NCBI GenBank assembly: GCA_012295275.1
Contig: CM022679.1
Coordinates: forward strand, 31,000,001 to 31,064,000
Direction of reading: 5' to 3'
DNA length: 64,000 nucleotides
DNA from: Chrysomallon squamiferum
Taxonomy: Eukaryota; Animalia; Mollusca
Part shown: positions 12,865 through 27,562 of the stretch, one piece after another
How positions within the stretch are numbered: the first letter of the stretch is position 1
Layout of the letters: every line of letters starts with the position of its first letter
Program-made: the position numbers and the translations under genes
The notes under the pieces: generated by a model
Databases searched by the model: none
What the model saw: only the letters and a program-made list of their open reading frames with translations
Told to the model about the DNA's origin: nothing

Positions 12865-14731
12865 TTATCTCTTCAGTAGTTTGTAACATTCTCTTTTTCT
12901 TAGATCTCTCACTGCTCTGAACTAAAACAAAGAAAATAAATAAAAATGTCAAGGAAATATATATATATATATCAATGACTAAATCAACAAATAATGAGTT
13001 GCCTACGATTAAACCATTTGGAAATTTTAACCGGCGATTTTTTTTTTTATCCTTATCCAGTCATTATTCTGCCATCTAGCTTTCTCTCTGAATCAATCAT
13101 ATATTTATCTTTTTGTTTCTTCATATTAATATGAACTTAAAATATACTTTACTTACGTATCAGACCGGACTGATCGCCTACCCACACTGAAAACAAAAAA
13201 TGGAAATATTTTATCGAGTGCAACTTTTCGTTGAATACAAATCTTAACCAGGCACAGTTTAACGTTTACCTCAGTTTGACATTGTCAGTAATATACAGAG
13301 TTGATATCTCAGACATAAAGCGTCTCTTCATTCAGGGATGTTTACCTTTTGTGATTATCACTCGTATAGTGGAACTACCCGTCATTTTACGTTCAGTTGC
13401 ATCTATCTTACGTAGGATAAATTAATGTTAACTTAATGGATCTATTCCAAGTTTATTACATCATGAACAAAATAAGGAGATTATAAATTATTCTCGTATT
13501 ATGAACAATAATATACTTTAATTTAACAGCCTTTGTGGATATTGTTATTATTGTTGTTATTATTGCTATTATTATTATGATCATCGTTATTATTATTTAT
13601 TTATTTATTTATATATTTATTTTATTATTTATTATTTATTATTATTAATTAATTTATTTATTTTAAATAATATAACATGTTCTGTCACAATATTAGATGA
13701 ACTGAAATCTACTTCATTATTGTTAAAATGGTATTAGTCTATTATTTAGGGGGATATTTGATAAGTTTGCCGAGATCAAGAACAGAATCGTCATATTAAA
13801 AAATAGATAAAATATCATTTTGTCCTCTTTTCACTTTAAAACAAGTTACTACTGAGATATAACTTTTCCAGTTCTTAATACGTGTTCGAAAACAAAGGCA
13901 CAAAGTGATGTAATAGTGCTGAATTATTAGTGATGTCATTTATGTTAGGGCTTAACAGAATGATACTCACAAAAGCGGGTTATAACCACGATACCTGTAT
14001 AAAGTAGAAAAACAGTCAGGATGAATAATTCTGCAGTTCAAGAATATGAATTCATTTTTTTAGTTATTTTACTAGTAAATTTACTGTATAGGAAAAAGCA
14101 AAGTAAATGTAACAACAATAGTACGACTAAAATATATTTCATACACACACACATACATACATACATACATACATACATACATACATACATACATACATAC
14201 ATACATACATTCATACATAGAAGGATAATTTTCTCCTTGCTGTGATGTAAAATAAATAAAATATATAAATGAAATACATACAATCACAAATAAAATATAA
14301 AAGTAAAACTATTATGTTTTATACCTTAGTATGAGATAATATTAAGAGAATAAAAATACATAAAAAACAAGAATGAGAGATACGTAGAGATACAAAGAAA
14401 TAAAAAAACAACAAAATAATAATAAAAACTAAATAAAAAAAAGAGATATATAGGAGGACATCTTTTCCATCCACTAATAATATAGTGAGAACATTTTAAT
14501 GTTTATGTGCCTTATTTCTTACAGGTATCTGTATTAAAAGAAAGACAAGAAGAACAAAACTTAATAAAAGTAGAAGATTATTTTATTTCCTATATGTTTT
14601 TTAATACTCAATGAATATATATATATATATATATGTATGTTTGTATGTATGTATGTATGTATGTATGTCATTTATATATTTGATTTATTTAGTTTATTTA
14701 TTTTACTTTAGAGCGGGTAGAAAACTATGTT

Positions 14732-14763
<32 letters not shown>

Positions 14764-14779
14764 ACTATCTATATATCTA

Positions 14780-14860
<81 letters not shown>

Positions 14861-15476
14861 ATACACACATATGAGTTTCTTATAACTAAAGTATTCGGAA
14901 ATTTTAATGAGGGATTATTATTTATCATTAAACAGCCATAGTGCTGCCATCTAACTTTCTCTCTGTGTCAAACATATATTTATTTCTTTGTTTTTTCATA
15001 TTAATGTGGACTCAAAATATACTTCACTTACCTTGGAAAGGCGATTGATCGCCTACTCGGGCTGAAAATAAAAATTGAAATATTTTACTGAGTGCAGCTT
15101 TTCGATGAATACAAATCTTAACCAGGCACAGTTTAACGTTTACCTCAGTTTGAAATTGTCTCTAATATACACATTTGATATCTCAGACATAAAGTGTCTG
15201 TAGTCGATCATTCAGGGATATTTACCTTTTGTGATTATCACTCGTATAGTGGAACTATCCGTCATTTTACGTTCAGTTGCATCTATCTTACGTAGGATAA
15301 ATTAATGTTAACTTAATGGACGTATTCCAAGTTTATTACACAATGAACAAAATAAGGAGATTATAAATTATTCTCGTATTATAAACAATAATATACTTTA
15401 ATTTAACAGCCTTTGAGGATAATTGTTATAATTGTTCTTGCTGTTGTTGTTATTATTACTATTATTATAATGATCA

Positions 15477-15507
<31 letters not shown>

Positions 15508-16498
15508 TATTTATTTATTTTTTATTTTAAATAATGTAACATGTGCTGTCACAATATAAGATGAATTGAAATCTACTTTATTACTGTTAAAATGGTATTA
15601 GTCTATTTATCAAAAGTCAGTCAAGAAAGAAGACACACACACATATAAAGACACACACACACATATAAAGACACACACACATATAAAGAGACACACACAT
15701 ATAAAGACACACACACACATATAAAGACACACACACACATATAAAGACACACACAGAAACACAAACACTCAAATGGATTTTGCCTGAGACGCGTCTCAGT
15801 TATTACTTTAGTGTGACCGAATGCAACGTGGAATGTTTATTTGATAATATTTTAATTATGTTTGATAGGTTTCCCGAGATCAAGAGCAGAATCGTCATAT
15901 TAAAAGATAGATAAAATATCATTTTGTCCTCTTTTCACTTTAAAAAAAGTTACTACAGAGATATAACTTTTGCAGTTCTTAATACGTGTTCGAAAACAAA
16001 AACACAAAGTGACGTAATAGTGCTGAATTATTAGTGATGTCATTTAGGTTAGGGCTTAACAGAATGATACTCACTACTCCGGGTAATAATTACCGGACCT
16101 GTATAAAGAAGAAAAACAGGTGAATAATTCTGCAGTTCAAGAATATGAATTAATTTGTTTTCATTTATTCTAGTAGTGAATTTATTATATAGGAGAAAGT
16201 AAAATAAAGGTAACAAAAACAGTACGACTAAAATATATTTCATACACATACATATACGTATTTGTATTGGAATAAATTAAGATTATTACAAATATATTTA
16301 ATTACACCTACAATCCCCAGCACTAAAGAAAGTATTTTATTCTGCACTCATCTCGATCCATTTACCCGTCTCATATTCAACTGCACTGAACAGGAAAAGG
16401 GAAAACGAAACTTACCGGTATTCGTAAGATGTTAATTCGACCTGCACTGATCCCAAAATAATCAAGAGCAGAATAATTTGCAGTTTCAACGCAAACAT
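12865..16498 (-). CDS. Micro-exon gene copy A: predicted 80-aa secreted peptide precursor
   Basis: Exons 16416-16498 (83 nt, signal peptide), 16075-16098 (24), 15032-15061 (30), 13971-13994 (24), 13157-13186 (30) and 12865-12916 (stop, AATAAA). All junctions are phase 2 with CAG acceptors and GT(A/G)AGT donors. Product: MFALKLQIILLLIILGSVQVELTSYEYRSGNYYPEYPSRRSIAFPRYRGYNPLFVGRRSVRSDTAVRDLRKRECYKLLKR*. Confidence 0.72.
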
Positions 16499-16929
16499 AG
16501 TGAACAGCTTCGACTGGAAAACTGCACGGATTCGTTAAAAGAATGTAATTTATAAAAAAATAGACGAAACATTAATTTTACTGTTTACCAAGCGCACTTA
16601 GTGTTCGGTATTATTGCAAATTATTATCGATCAGCGTAACAAAATATATATATATATATATATCTTAACGACAAACTGCTAAGTTTTACAAAAGATTAGC
16701 GCAATGAATTAATGAAAACAATATTTAAATTGTAACATTATTTCTTATGATTCTTGAAAACAGAGAAACAAAAATGAATATATTGCTCTCTCTTTAATGT
16801 TTTTAATGTCTTTCCCTAACATTTTAAACTTTTTCCGTATGTAGTAACAAACTAATTGAAACATTTATAACGTTTAACTCTATACTTCTTTTCGATTGTA
16901 CATGTAAAAATAATTATAAAGTGAAAATA

Positions 16930-17006
16930 ACTTACCAAAACAGTTGTAATATTCAGTGATCTAGCTGTAACAATATGTGCAATATCGTTGGCACGAGGTA
17001 TTTATA
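16930..17006 (-). promoter_or_regulatory. TATA box (TATAAATA 16999-17006) and non-coding first exon (donor GTAAGT 16930-16935) of copy A
   Basis: The same module at similar spacing lies upstream of all five signal exons. Confidence 0.6.
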
Positions 17007-19813
17007 ATGATGCACGGACGCAGTAATAATGAATCAAACGTGTGATATATAACAAATTACTGTGGCATAAAAATATAAAAGCAAAATAAATGTAAAGTTT
17101 GTGACAGGTGAAACGATTAAACATCGAATTTTCATAAATCTATTTTATAATTAATTTGCTCTGTGTATTCTGTCGAGTTCTCTTTTGTATGTCTGTCATA
17201 AATGTTTGTATATCTGTATTTATTTAGCAATGTATCTATCAAAGTATCTCTATATGTAGTATACATCTATCTAGCTGTATATGTGTCTATCTCTCTATCT
17301 GTCTGTTTATCTATCTATATCAGTCTACATCTATATTTCTATCTATCTATAATCTATCTATCTATCTGTCAATATATGCAACTATTTATCTATCTATCTG
17401 TCTTTGTATTTTTCTATCTCCCTATCTTTTTACCTGATTTTTCTATAAGTGAAATGATATTCAAAACGTATATTGACTATTACAATATATTAAGTTAGTA
17501 TAGGATGATTGTTCTATCAAAACAAACAGGTTTCGCTCTTTCAGTGTTGAGAAAATAATTTTTTTTCTATCAACACGGAAAGTTTCGAGTCCTGTATTAT
17601 AAAAACAAATGTTACGAAATTAATAAAAAACACTTCTCTGAGGTCGTTTACACTACAGAGTTATAATTCTAAAGCGGTTTAAACACGAACTGACTTTATC
17701 AATCCCAAAATCGTCGATTTCAACACCACATGTTCGAACCAAATTTCCCCAACTTAAGCAGTAAACCATTTCCACACTCTTGTGTAATTATGTCATATTA
17801 ATCACATTTTTTGTTTTTTGCTAAGGTGCTAATAGATAATATATTTTGTTTATTCTACACAAAATTTTAGTATGAAATAGTAATATTTTATTATCTTCCT
17901 AATCCTAGTGAGAAATGAGATTACATTATTATAAGCACGTATATTATTGTTTTCATCTTCACTGAAGACATATTCTTCCATTTACTGAATGATTATTCAT
18001 GCCATTCACATTACTTTTATCAATTTCTAAAAATGTCTTGTTCATAATATAAAGCTTTTTTATCATTCTCGTATTCAATAATAATGCTCTTCTAAAAACA
18101 TACTGAATTTGCTTAATCAGAAATATTTTTATAACAGATACACAATAACAAAATCAACTAAAATCGGAATTAAAATTTTAAAAAGTGCGAGTTGTTGCAT
18201 TTTTTTCATAATATTATAATAACTTGTTAGCGATTATAAATATTTGTTTTCGTTTGTTATTTAATATGGTCATAATTTCTGAAAGAAAACTATATATCAT
18301 ATCAGATAAACAGCTACATAAAACAGTCAGTTGTATGAGTTTTCGTTTTGTGTTTTTCAAACTGTCATATTTATCTTTTTAAATGCATTTCTGCTCTCTT
18401 ATTATTAATGCAGAACAGGTAGCTGAAGTAATGTTACTATTTTATCTCTCGTTTATTTCATTTGTTTATATATATGCGTATTTATTTACATAATTCATCT
18501 ATATAGAGCAGCTTGAAAACTGTAATGTTGTTATTATTACTATTATTATTATTATTATTATAGCTTTTCTTCCAATTTTGCTGTCCCATAATACTGTCCA
18601 AATGTTTCATGTAAATATGCTTTCGTTGTTTATTATTATTCTGTACATAATGTTGTTATTTATTATTTCTAGCTACTGTAACAGATACCACAATTGTTTC
18701 AGTTAAATTATATTTAATTAATATCTGAGTGCTGACAATGAATATAAATGTATACTATATTATTTAAAATAATATTATAATAACTTGCAATCGATTATAA
18801 ACATATATATTTTCGTTTGGTATTTAATACTGTCATAATTTCTGAAAGAAATCAGTACATCATCCTCGATGAACAGATATATAAAACTGTCAGTTGTACG
18901 TGAGTGTGATTTATTTTTTCAAACTCATATTTTTCTTTTTAAATGTGTTTTTACTTTGTTGTTATTAGTACAGTAGAGGTAGTCTAAATAATATTATCTA
19001 CTTTATCTCTCATTTATTATATATTTTTTTCTTCTCAGTCTCTCTTTTTTTGTTATTTTTGTTGTTGTTTTTTTTGTTGGTTTGTTTGTTTTGTTTGTTT
19101 GTTGATTTTCTGATGTCCCATATTGCTATTCAAACGTTTCATTGAAATATGCTTTCGCCCTTAATTGTTATTCTATACTGTAATGTAATTATTCATTATT
19201 AGAATCTACTGTAATAAATACCTCCATTGTTTTAGTTAAATATGTTTAATTGATATCCTAGTACTAACAGTAGTACGTATGTTCAAACCTACAATAATAT
19301 ATTTCTATTTAAATTTAATCCTTCTCTTACATAATGAATATTAGTAGAGTTATTATAATAATAATAATAATAATAATATAATTATTTTAAATAATCTTCT
19401 GTCATACTAACATATTACATAATATTGAAATGTTTCTTTTAAAGTACGCAAACGTTATTCTTATAAGGTATAAATCTGTAATTTAATTATTCGTTATTAT
19501 TACTGTTGTATAATTTATATTAGTACTGATAGACAGACATATAGATAGATAGATATATAATACATACATAGATACTTAGATAGATACATGGCTAAACAGA
19601 TACAGACATACAAACAGTTATGACAGACATACAGAAAGAGAACTCGACAGTATACACGGGGCAAATTAATTATAAAATAAACTTATGAAAATTCGATGTT
19701 TAATCGTTTCACCTGTCACAAACTTTACATTTATTTTGCTTTTATATTTTTATGCCACAGTAATTTGTTATATATCAGACGTTTGATTCATTATTACTGC
19801 GTCCGTGCATCAC

Positions 19814-21010
19814 TATAAATACCTCGTCCCAACGATATTGCACATATTGTTACTGCTAGATCACTGAATATTACAACTATTTTTGTTAAGTTATTTTCAC
19901 TTTATAATTATTTTTACATGTATCATTCGAAAAGAAGTATACAGTTAAACGTAATAAAGGTTTTATGTAGATTGTTACTACATATGGAAAAAGTTTCAAA
20001 TATTATGGAAATACATCAAAAACATTAAAAGAGAGCAGTATATTCATTTTCGTTTCTCTGCTTTAAAGATCGATTATAAATAATGTTAGAATTTAAATAT
20101 TTTCACATTAATTCATCACGCTAATCGTTTCTGAAACTTAGCAGTTTCTCGTTAAGTGTGTATATATATATATATATATTTGTCATGGCGGTCGATAATA
20201 ATTTGCAATAATACTGAACACTAAGTGCTCTTGGTAAACAGTAAAATCAATGTTTCATCTATGTTTTTTTTTTGTGTAAGTTATATTCTTTGAACAAAAC
20301 CGTGCAGTTTTGCAATAGAAGTTGTTCACTATGTTTGCGTTGAAACTGCAAATTATTCTGCTCTTGATTATTTTGGGATCAGTGCAGATCGAATTAACCC
20401 CATCCATATGCTATATCTGGTAAGTTTCGTTTTCCCTTTTGCTGTTCAGGAAAACGCTGTATATTAAATGTATACATTTCTGAAACGTGTCATTAATATA
20501 TAGATATGTATATAGTATAGTTTTTTGGCAATGATAATTTGCAATGAAACTGAACACTAAGTGCTCTTGGTACACTGAAAAATAAATGTTTCATCTACTT
20601 TTAATCTAAATTACCTTCTTTTAACGAATCCATGCAGTTTTCCAGTCGAAGCTGTTCACTATGTTTGCGTTGAAACTGCAAATTATTCTGCTCTTGATTA
20701 TTTTCGGATCAGTGCAAGTCGAATTAACATCAAAGGGAAACATGTAATTTTCGTTTTCCATATTCCTGTTCAGTAAAATTAAAGTGAGAGGGGTGAATGA
20801 ATCGAGATGACTGTAAAATAAAATACTTTCTTTAATGTTGGGGATTGTACATGTAATTAAACATGTTTATAATAATCGTAATTAATTCCAGTACAAATAC
20901 AGATATGGATTTATAAGAAATAAAACATTTCACCTAAACAGTTTTGAATGTAAAACTTTTCTTACTATAAGGCTTTTATTACATACATACAGTTTAATGG
21001 GTTTTTAAAA

Positions 21011-21044
<34 letters not shown>

Positions 21045-24000
21045 ATTATTATTATTATTATTTTCTTCACTAATCACTTGATGTTATATTTCTATATATT
21101 CTATATAAACTGCTTTATGATTTTCTAGCTGTCTTTAGTTCCTCATGGACCCACTTTGATAACATGCCTCAATGTATACATATTAATAGTGAAGCAGACC
21201 AATCTGTAAACGTTTATTGATAACTTTATAGAAAAAAGAAAAATACTTTGCACATTATCGATAATCCATTTCTGGAATCATGAAATATATTAAGGAATAG
21301 CATTCCACACTTCGTTTTGGTATATTATCGACATTAAAAAATAAAGCAAGATTGTTTCACTGTAGGTTTTCATTTATAATGTATAATATCACAGAAAATA
21401 AAAAAAGCAACTTCTTGTACTAAGTTTTATTCCCGTGTTTAGAAAATAGAAAAGCTACAAAGAAACAAAGATAAAATATAGCTCTGACACAGGAGAAAGC
21501 TAGATGGTTAGAAGAAGCACTGTATAGTGATAAACAATAATCCCTGATTAAAATTTCCAAATATTTTAGTTATAGGCAAATCATTTTATATATATATAAA
21601 ACGTTAATGACATCATTAATAGTGCTGCACTATTACATCACTTTGTGCCTTTGTTTTCGAACACCTATTAAGAACTGCAAAAGTTATATCTCCGTAGTAA
21701 CTTTACTGGGTGTTTTTTAAATATCACGATTCAGCTCTTGATCTCGGGAAACATTTTAAACATCCCCCTAGACAATTTGTCTGTAATATACAGAGTATTA
21801 AACAAACTTTACACGTTACATTCGGTCACACTAAAGTAATAATTGAGAAGCGTCTGTGTGTGTGTAAATATGTGTGTTTTTATTTCTTACCTGACTCTGG
21901 ATACAATAGACTAAATACTATTTTAGCAATAATGATGTACATTAGATGTAAACTAATATGGTTACAGCAAATGCTATATTATTTAAAATAAATAAATAAA
22001 TACATAAATAATAATAATAATAATAATATAATAATGCTGATGTTGATGATCATGAAAATAATATTAATAGCAAGAAAAATAACAATAACAATGATAAGAT
22101 ACACAAATGGCTGTTAAATTAAAGTATATTATTGTTTATTATGAGAATAATTTATAATCTAGTTATTTAGTTTATGATGTAATAAACTTGGAATAGATCC
22201 AGGAAGTTAACAGTAATTGATCCTACACAAGATAGATGCAGTTGAACATAAACTGTAGGATAGTGCCAGTATACGAGTCGTGATCATATCAAGTAATCGA
22301 CTAGAGATATCAACTCTATATATTACAGACAATGTCAAAATGAGGTAAACGATAAACCTGGTTAACGTTTCTATTCAGCGAAAAGTAGTACTCAGTAAAC
22401 TATTCTTATTTTTTTTTGCTGGCAGCCGAACTGGGCGATCCATCCGCTCTGACAAGTAAGTGAAGTATATTTTAGGTCCACAATATGAGGAAACAAAGGT
22501 AACACAGAGAGAGAGCCAAATGGGCAGAAGAATGACTGTAACAAAATTTCCATATGTTTAAGTTATAGACAAATCATTGTTTTATATATCTATGTACGTA
22601 TGTACATGAACTATATTTACTTTCAAATCCCATCACTACTAAAATAACTGAAAAAAGGAATTCATATTCTTGAACTGCAGAATTATTCACTTCACTGTTT
22701 TTCTTCTTGATAAAGGTTCGTTGCTCATTTCCCGTTTTAGACTATCGTTCTGAAAAGCCCTAACCTAAATAGATCACTAATAATACTGCACTATTACATC
22801 ACTTTGTGCCTTTGTTTTCGAACACCTATTAAGAACTGCAAAAGTTATATCTCCGTAGTAACTTTACTGGGTTTTTTTTTAAAAATATAAACAGGACAAA
22901 ATGATGTTTTGTCTATTTTTTTTTAATATCACGATTCTACTCATGATCTCGGGACATTTTTAAACATCCCCCTAAATAATTAAAATAGTATTAAATAAAC
23001 TTTCCACGTTACATTCGGTCACAGTAAAGTAATAATTGAGACGCGTCTTAGGGCAAATCTATTTGAGTGTTTCTGTATGTGACTGTGTGTGTGTAAATAT
23101 GTGTGTTTTTATTTCTTAACTGAGACTGGATGTAATAGACTGGGCGACCCATCCGCTCAAAAGCGTAAGTGAAATATATTTTAGGTCCACATTAATATGA
23201 AGAAACAAAGATAAAATATAGCTCTGACACAGGAGAGAGCTAGATGGTTAGAAGAAGAACTGATCAAATATTTGAAATCTTTTAGTTATATAGTTTTTTT
23301 TGTTGTCTTTTTTGTTGTTTTTTTCTGTTGTGTGTGTGTGTGTGTGTGTTTTCCTGAATTGTAGAGAGGACAAAATAATATTTTGTCTATTTTTTAATAT
23401 CAATATTCTTTTCTTGATCTCCGGAAATATTTTAAACGTCTACAAAAATAATTAAGATATTATTAAGTAAACAAACTTTCAACATTACATTCGTACACAC
23501 TAAGTAATAACTCAGAGGCATCTCAGGCCAAATCCAGTTCACTGTTTGTTTTTGTGTATATGTGTATATGTGTGTGTGTGTGTTTTCTTTCTTAACTGAA
23601 TCTTGATACGTAATAGATTAAATACCATTTGAACAATAACTGTGTAGATTATAATTCATCTAATATGACAACAGCAAAAGTAATAACAAAATCCAGAAAG
23701 GTTGTTAAACTAAAGTTTATTATTGTTTATAATACGTGAATAATTTATAAATCTCCTTCGCTGTGTAATACACTAAGTTAACATTAATTTATCCTACGTA
23801 AGATATATTGCAGCTGAACTTAAAATACGAGTCATAATCGTATAAAGTAAATATCCCTGAATGATCGACTAGAGACACTATATGTCTGAGCTATCAACTC
23901 TGTATATTACAGACAATGTCAGACTGAGATAAAAGGTAAACTGCAGCTTCTTAATGTTTGTATTCAGTGAAAAGGTGCACTATGTAAAATATGTATGTAC

Positions 24001-24853
24001 ATACATATATATATTTTCTTTTTTTCAGCGATCGTTGGGGATTGTATCAAGTAAGTGAAATAAATTTAAAAAAAACTAATAAAAAAAATAACAATGATGA
24101 TCATAATAATAATAGTAATAATAAAAATAACAATAATAGCAATATCGATAAATGGCTTTTGAATTTGAGTCTGTTTTATGTCTATATATGATAACAGCAA
24201 TTGTATATTATTTAAAATAAATTAATAAATTAAAAATAATAATGATGATGATAACGATGATGATGATGAAGATGATGATGCTAATGGCAACAAGAACAAT
24301 TGTAATAACAATAATAACAATATCCCCAAATACCTGTTAAATTAAAATGTATTATTGTTTATAATATGAGAATAATTTTTAACCTCTTTGTTTTATTCAT
24401 GGTGTAATAAATTCGGAATAAGTCAAGTAAGTTAACATTAATTTATGGTATATAAGATAGATGCAGCTGAACATAAACTGTTGGATAGTGACAATGTCAG
24501 ACTGAGGTACAAGGTAAAGAGTACCAAGTTAATGTTTCGATTCAGCGAAAAGTTCCATTGAGTAAATGTTTTTTATTTTTTAGGTGTAGACGGCCGCCCT
24601 ATCCCCCATGACAAGTAAGTAAGTATAATTTAAGTCCACATTAACATCATGTAAATAAACAAACACATAAATAAATAAATAAATAAATAATGAGTTGCCT
24701 ATAACTAAGCTATTTCGAAATTTTTATAATTATACAGTCATTCTTCTGCCCATCTAGCTTTCTCCCTTTCTCAGATATATTTTATTCTACTTCAGAGCGA
24801 CGAGTGAACTGTAAAAGGAGAATGATGTTGTAAGCTACTGAAGAGATAATAAA
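19814..24853 (+). pseudogene. Micro-exon gene copy B, probably degenerate
   Basis: TATA 19814-19821. The first donor is mutated (TTAAGT near 19886). Two tandem signal exons: 20331-20419 (..VQIELTPSICYI) and 20661-20743 (..VELTSKGN). One intact 30-nt exon at 22426-22455 (RTGRSIRSD). Damaged exons at about 22716 (donor lost), about 23139 (26 nt), 24029-24050 (22 nt) and 24584-24614 (31 nt). Terminal exon 24796-24814 (ATSEL*) and AATAAA at 24848. Confidence 0.55.
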
Positions 24854-24929
24854 ATGCTAATGTAAAACATTGAAATGAATCTGTTATAGCTCTTTAAAAG
24901 CGAGGGAATGAAACCATTAATAGTTGTGC

Positions 24930-24998
<69 letters not shown>

Positions 24999-25259
24999 AA
25001 ATCCTGTTGCCTACGTGCAAACAGAAGAAAAAGAAATAACAATATTACCTTCATACATTATGTAACATATTAATGTGACTGTAAAATGACATAAAATAAT
25101 AGGATTATTAATATTATATTCTCCCAAAAGAGAAACGCAAAATGGTTGATTTCTTAGATAACTAAAGTAAACTGACACATATCGAACTACGAGTATAATG
25201 ACATTTGGTGATTCTAACCTATAGCTTTACTCAGTCGCCAAAAAGTAGATAACAGAAAT

Positions 25260-25515
25260 AAAGGCTATAATCGTGTTTATTAGCCAAAGCGTCCCCGCAT
25301 GCAAACCACGTGCGCACGTGCAGCACAAGAAACTTGAATACGAGGGTTATAAAACTGCAAGGTTTTCGAATACTTCTGCTCGTTATTTTTGTTGTGACCC
25401 AACATCAAACAAATGCCACGACTGAGGGAACCGCAACGAAACGACGCCATCGGCCGTTTACAAGCTGGCGAATCCTTCTCGACCGTAGCCCGGGTGTTCC
25501 ATGTATCCCCAAGCA
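25260..25515 (+). mobile_element. Tc1/mariner-type transposon 5' fragment (N-terminal HTH of the transposase)
   Basis: ORF from 25413, MPRLREPQRNDAIGRLQAGESFSTVARVFHVSPST, resembles the paired-like HTH start of Tc1-family transposases and is truncated straight after it. No DDE domain is visible. Confidence 0.65.
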
Positions 25516-25664
25516 CAAAATTACAACACACAAAAGAGAAAAGAATACAGTTAAACGTAGTAACTTTTTCGAACAGTTGGTGTCTACATACGGAAGAAAG
25601 TTTAAAATCTTAGGGAAATACGTTAACAGGACGAAGGAGAAAATAACACATTCACTTTTGTTTC

Positions 25665-25729
<65 letters not shown>

Positions 25730-26793
25730 AATCGAGATGAGTGCAAAATTAAATACCTTTTTAGTGTTGGCGACCGTAGATGTAATTAAATATATTTGTA
25801 ATAATCTTCTTTTATTCCAGTACAAATACGTATATGGAATTATGAGAAATAAAACGTTTCATCTAAATAATTTTTAATGTAAAACGTTTCTTATTATATG
25901 GCTTTCATTATAGACATGTAATTTTAATCGTACTTTTTTATATCGTTATTACTACTACTTCTATTACGATTATTATTTTTGTTAATTTTTTTTTCGCATC
26001 ACTAATCACTTCTTGTTAAATTGCTACATATTTTAAATTCATTTACGTTTAAGTTCCTTTACGTCAGTGTAAGGTTTATTTTACTGAAAATTATACGTAA
26101 GAATAAAACAGAATGTAATTGTAGTTAAAGGATTATATTCATGTTAAGAAAACTATTAAGATGTAAAATAAAACTGTAAAATAAATCGTAAAACTGCATG
26201 CTGTTTTCTGCCACCTGAAGTCTAATAAATCAATTATTTATACTCGGAGTTAGAAAATACTTTAAGATTTTCGAGCTGCTTTTAGTTCCTCATTTAACAA
26301 CATAAATTCATAGATCCACTTTGATAACATGTCTCAGTGTGTTCATATTAATATTCACAGTTTTAGGGACCCAGCCCAGTCAGTAGAAATTTATTTATAG
26401 CTTTACAGAAAAACAAATACCCTGAAACATTATCCATATTCGAGTACTGGATTCATGAAATATATTAAGAATTTATATTGATAATAAACAGAAAGTTTTG
26501 CGTTAGAACGAATATTAATTAGATTAATAATGCAGTATGTTTTGCACTTTGTTTTGGTGTACATTCGGTATTAAAAAACAAAGGAAGATGAAAAGCTTTT
26601 TCTTTTATTAAGTTTTGTTCCTCTTATCTTTCTTTCAATACGCATATCTGTAAGAAATAAGGCACATATTATTAGTGGATTGAAAAGATATCCTCCCATA
26701 TATCTTTTTTTTATTTTAATTTTTATTATGATTATTATTATTATTTATCTATTTATTTGGTGTACATTCGGTATTAAAAAACAAAGGAAGATC

Positions 26794-26853
<60 letters not shown>

Positions 26854-27053
26854 CATATATACATACATACGTACATACATATATATATATGTAATGAGTT
26901 GCCTATAACTAAAATATTTGGAAGTTTCAATCAGTGATTATTGTTTATCACTATACAGTCCTTCTTCTAACAATCTAGCTCTCGCCTGTGTCAGAGCTAT
27001 ATTTTATCTTTGTTTCTTCATGTTAATGTGGACCTAAAATATACTTCACTTAC

Positions 27054-27083
27054 GTGTCAGAGCGGATGGATCGCCCAGTCTGG
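27054..27083 (-). pseudogene. Orphan 30-nt micro-exon (QTGRSIRSD) in a remnant gene module
   Basis: TTTTCAG|CCAGACTGGGCGATCCATCCGCTCTGACAC|GTAAGT. It is close in sequence to copy B exon 22426-22455 and has no signal exon of its own. Confidence 0.55.
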
Positions 27084-27502
27084 CTGAAAAGAAGAAGAAG
27101 AAAAGAAAGAATATTTTACTGAGTGTAACTTTTAGCTGAATAGAAACATAAGCGATTACAATTTACCTTTTACCTCAGTCTGACACTGTCCGTAATATAG
27201 ACAGATATCTCTGAGATAAAGAGTCTCTAGTCGATGATTCAGGGATATTTCATTTCTATGATCATTTTACATTCAGCTGCATCAATCTGACGTAGGATAA
27301 ATGTAAAGTTTGCTTACTGGATGTATTCCATGTTTATAACAGCCGGAACAAAAGAAAGAGATTGTACCTTATTCAAGTATTATAAGTAATAATATATTTT
27401 AATTTAACACCCTTTGTCGATATTGTTGTTATTGTTGTTATTATTGCTGTTATTATTATTATGATCATCGTTATTATTATTTATTTATTTATGTGTTATT
27501 AA

Positions 27503-27562
<60 letters not shown>

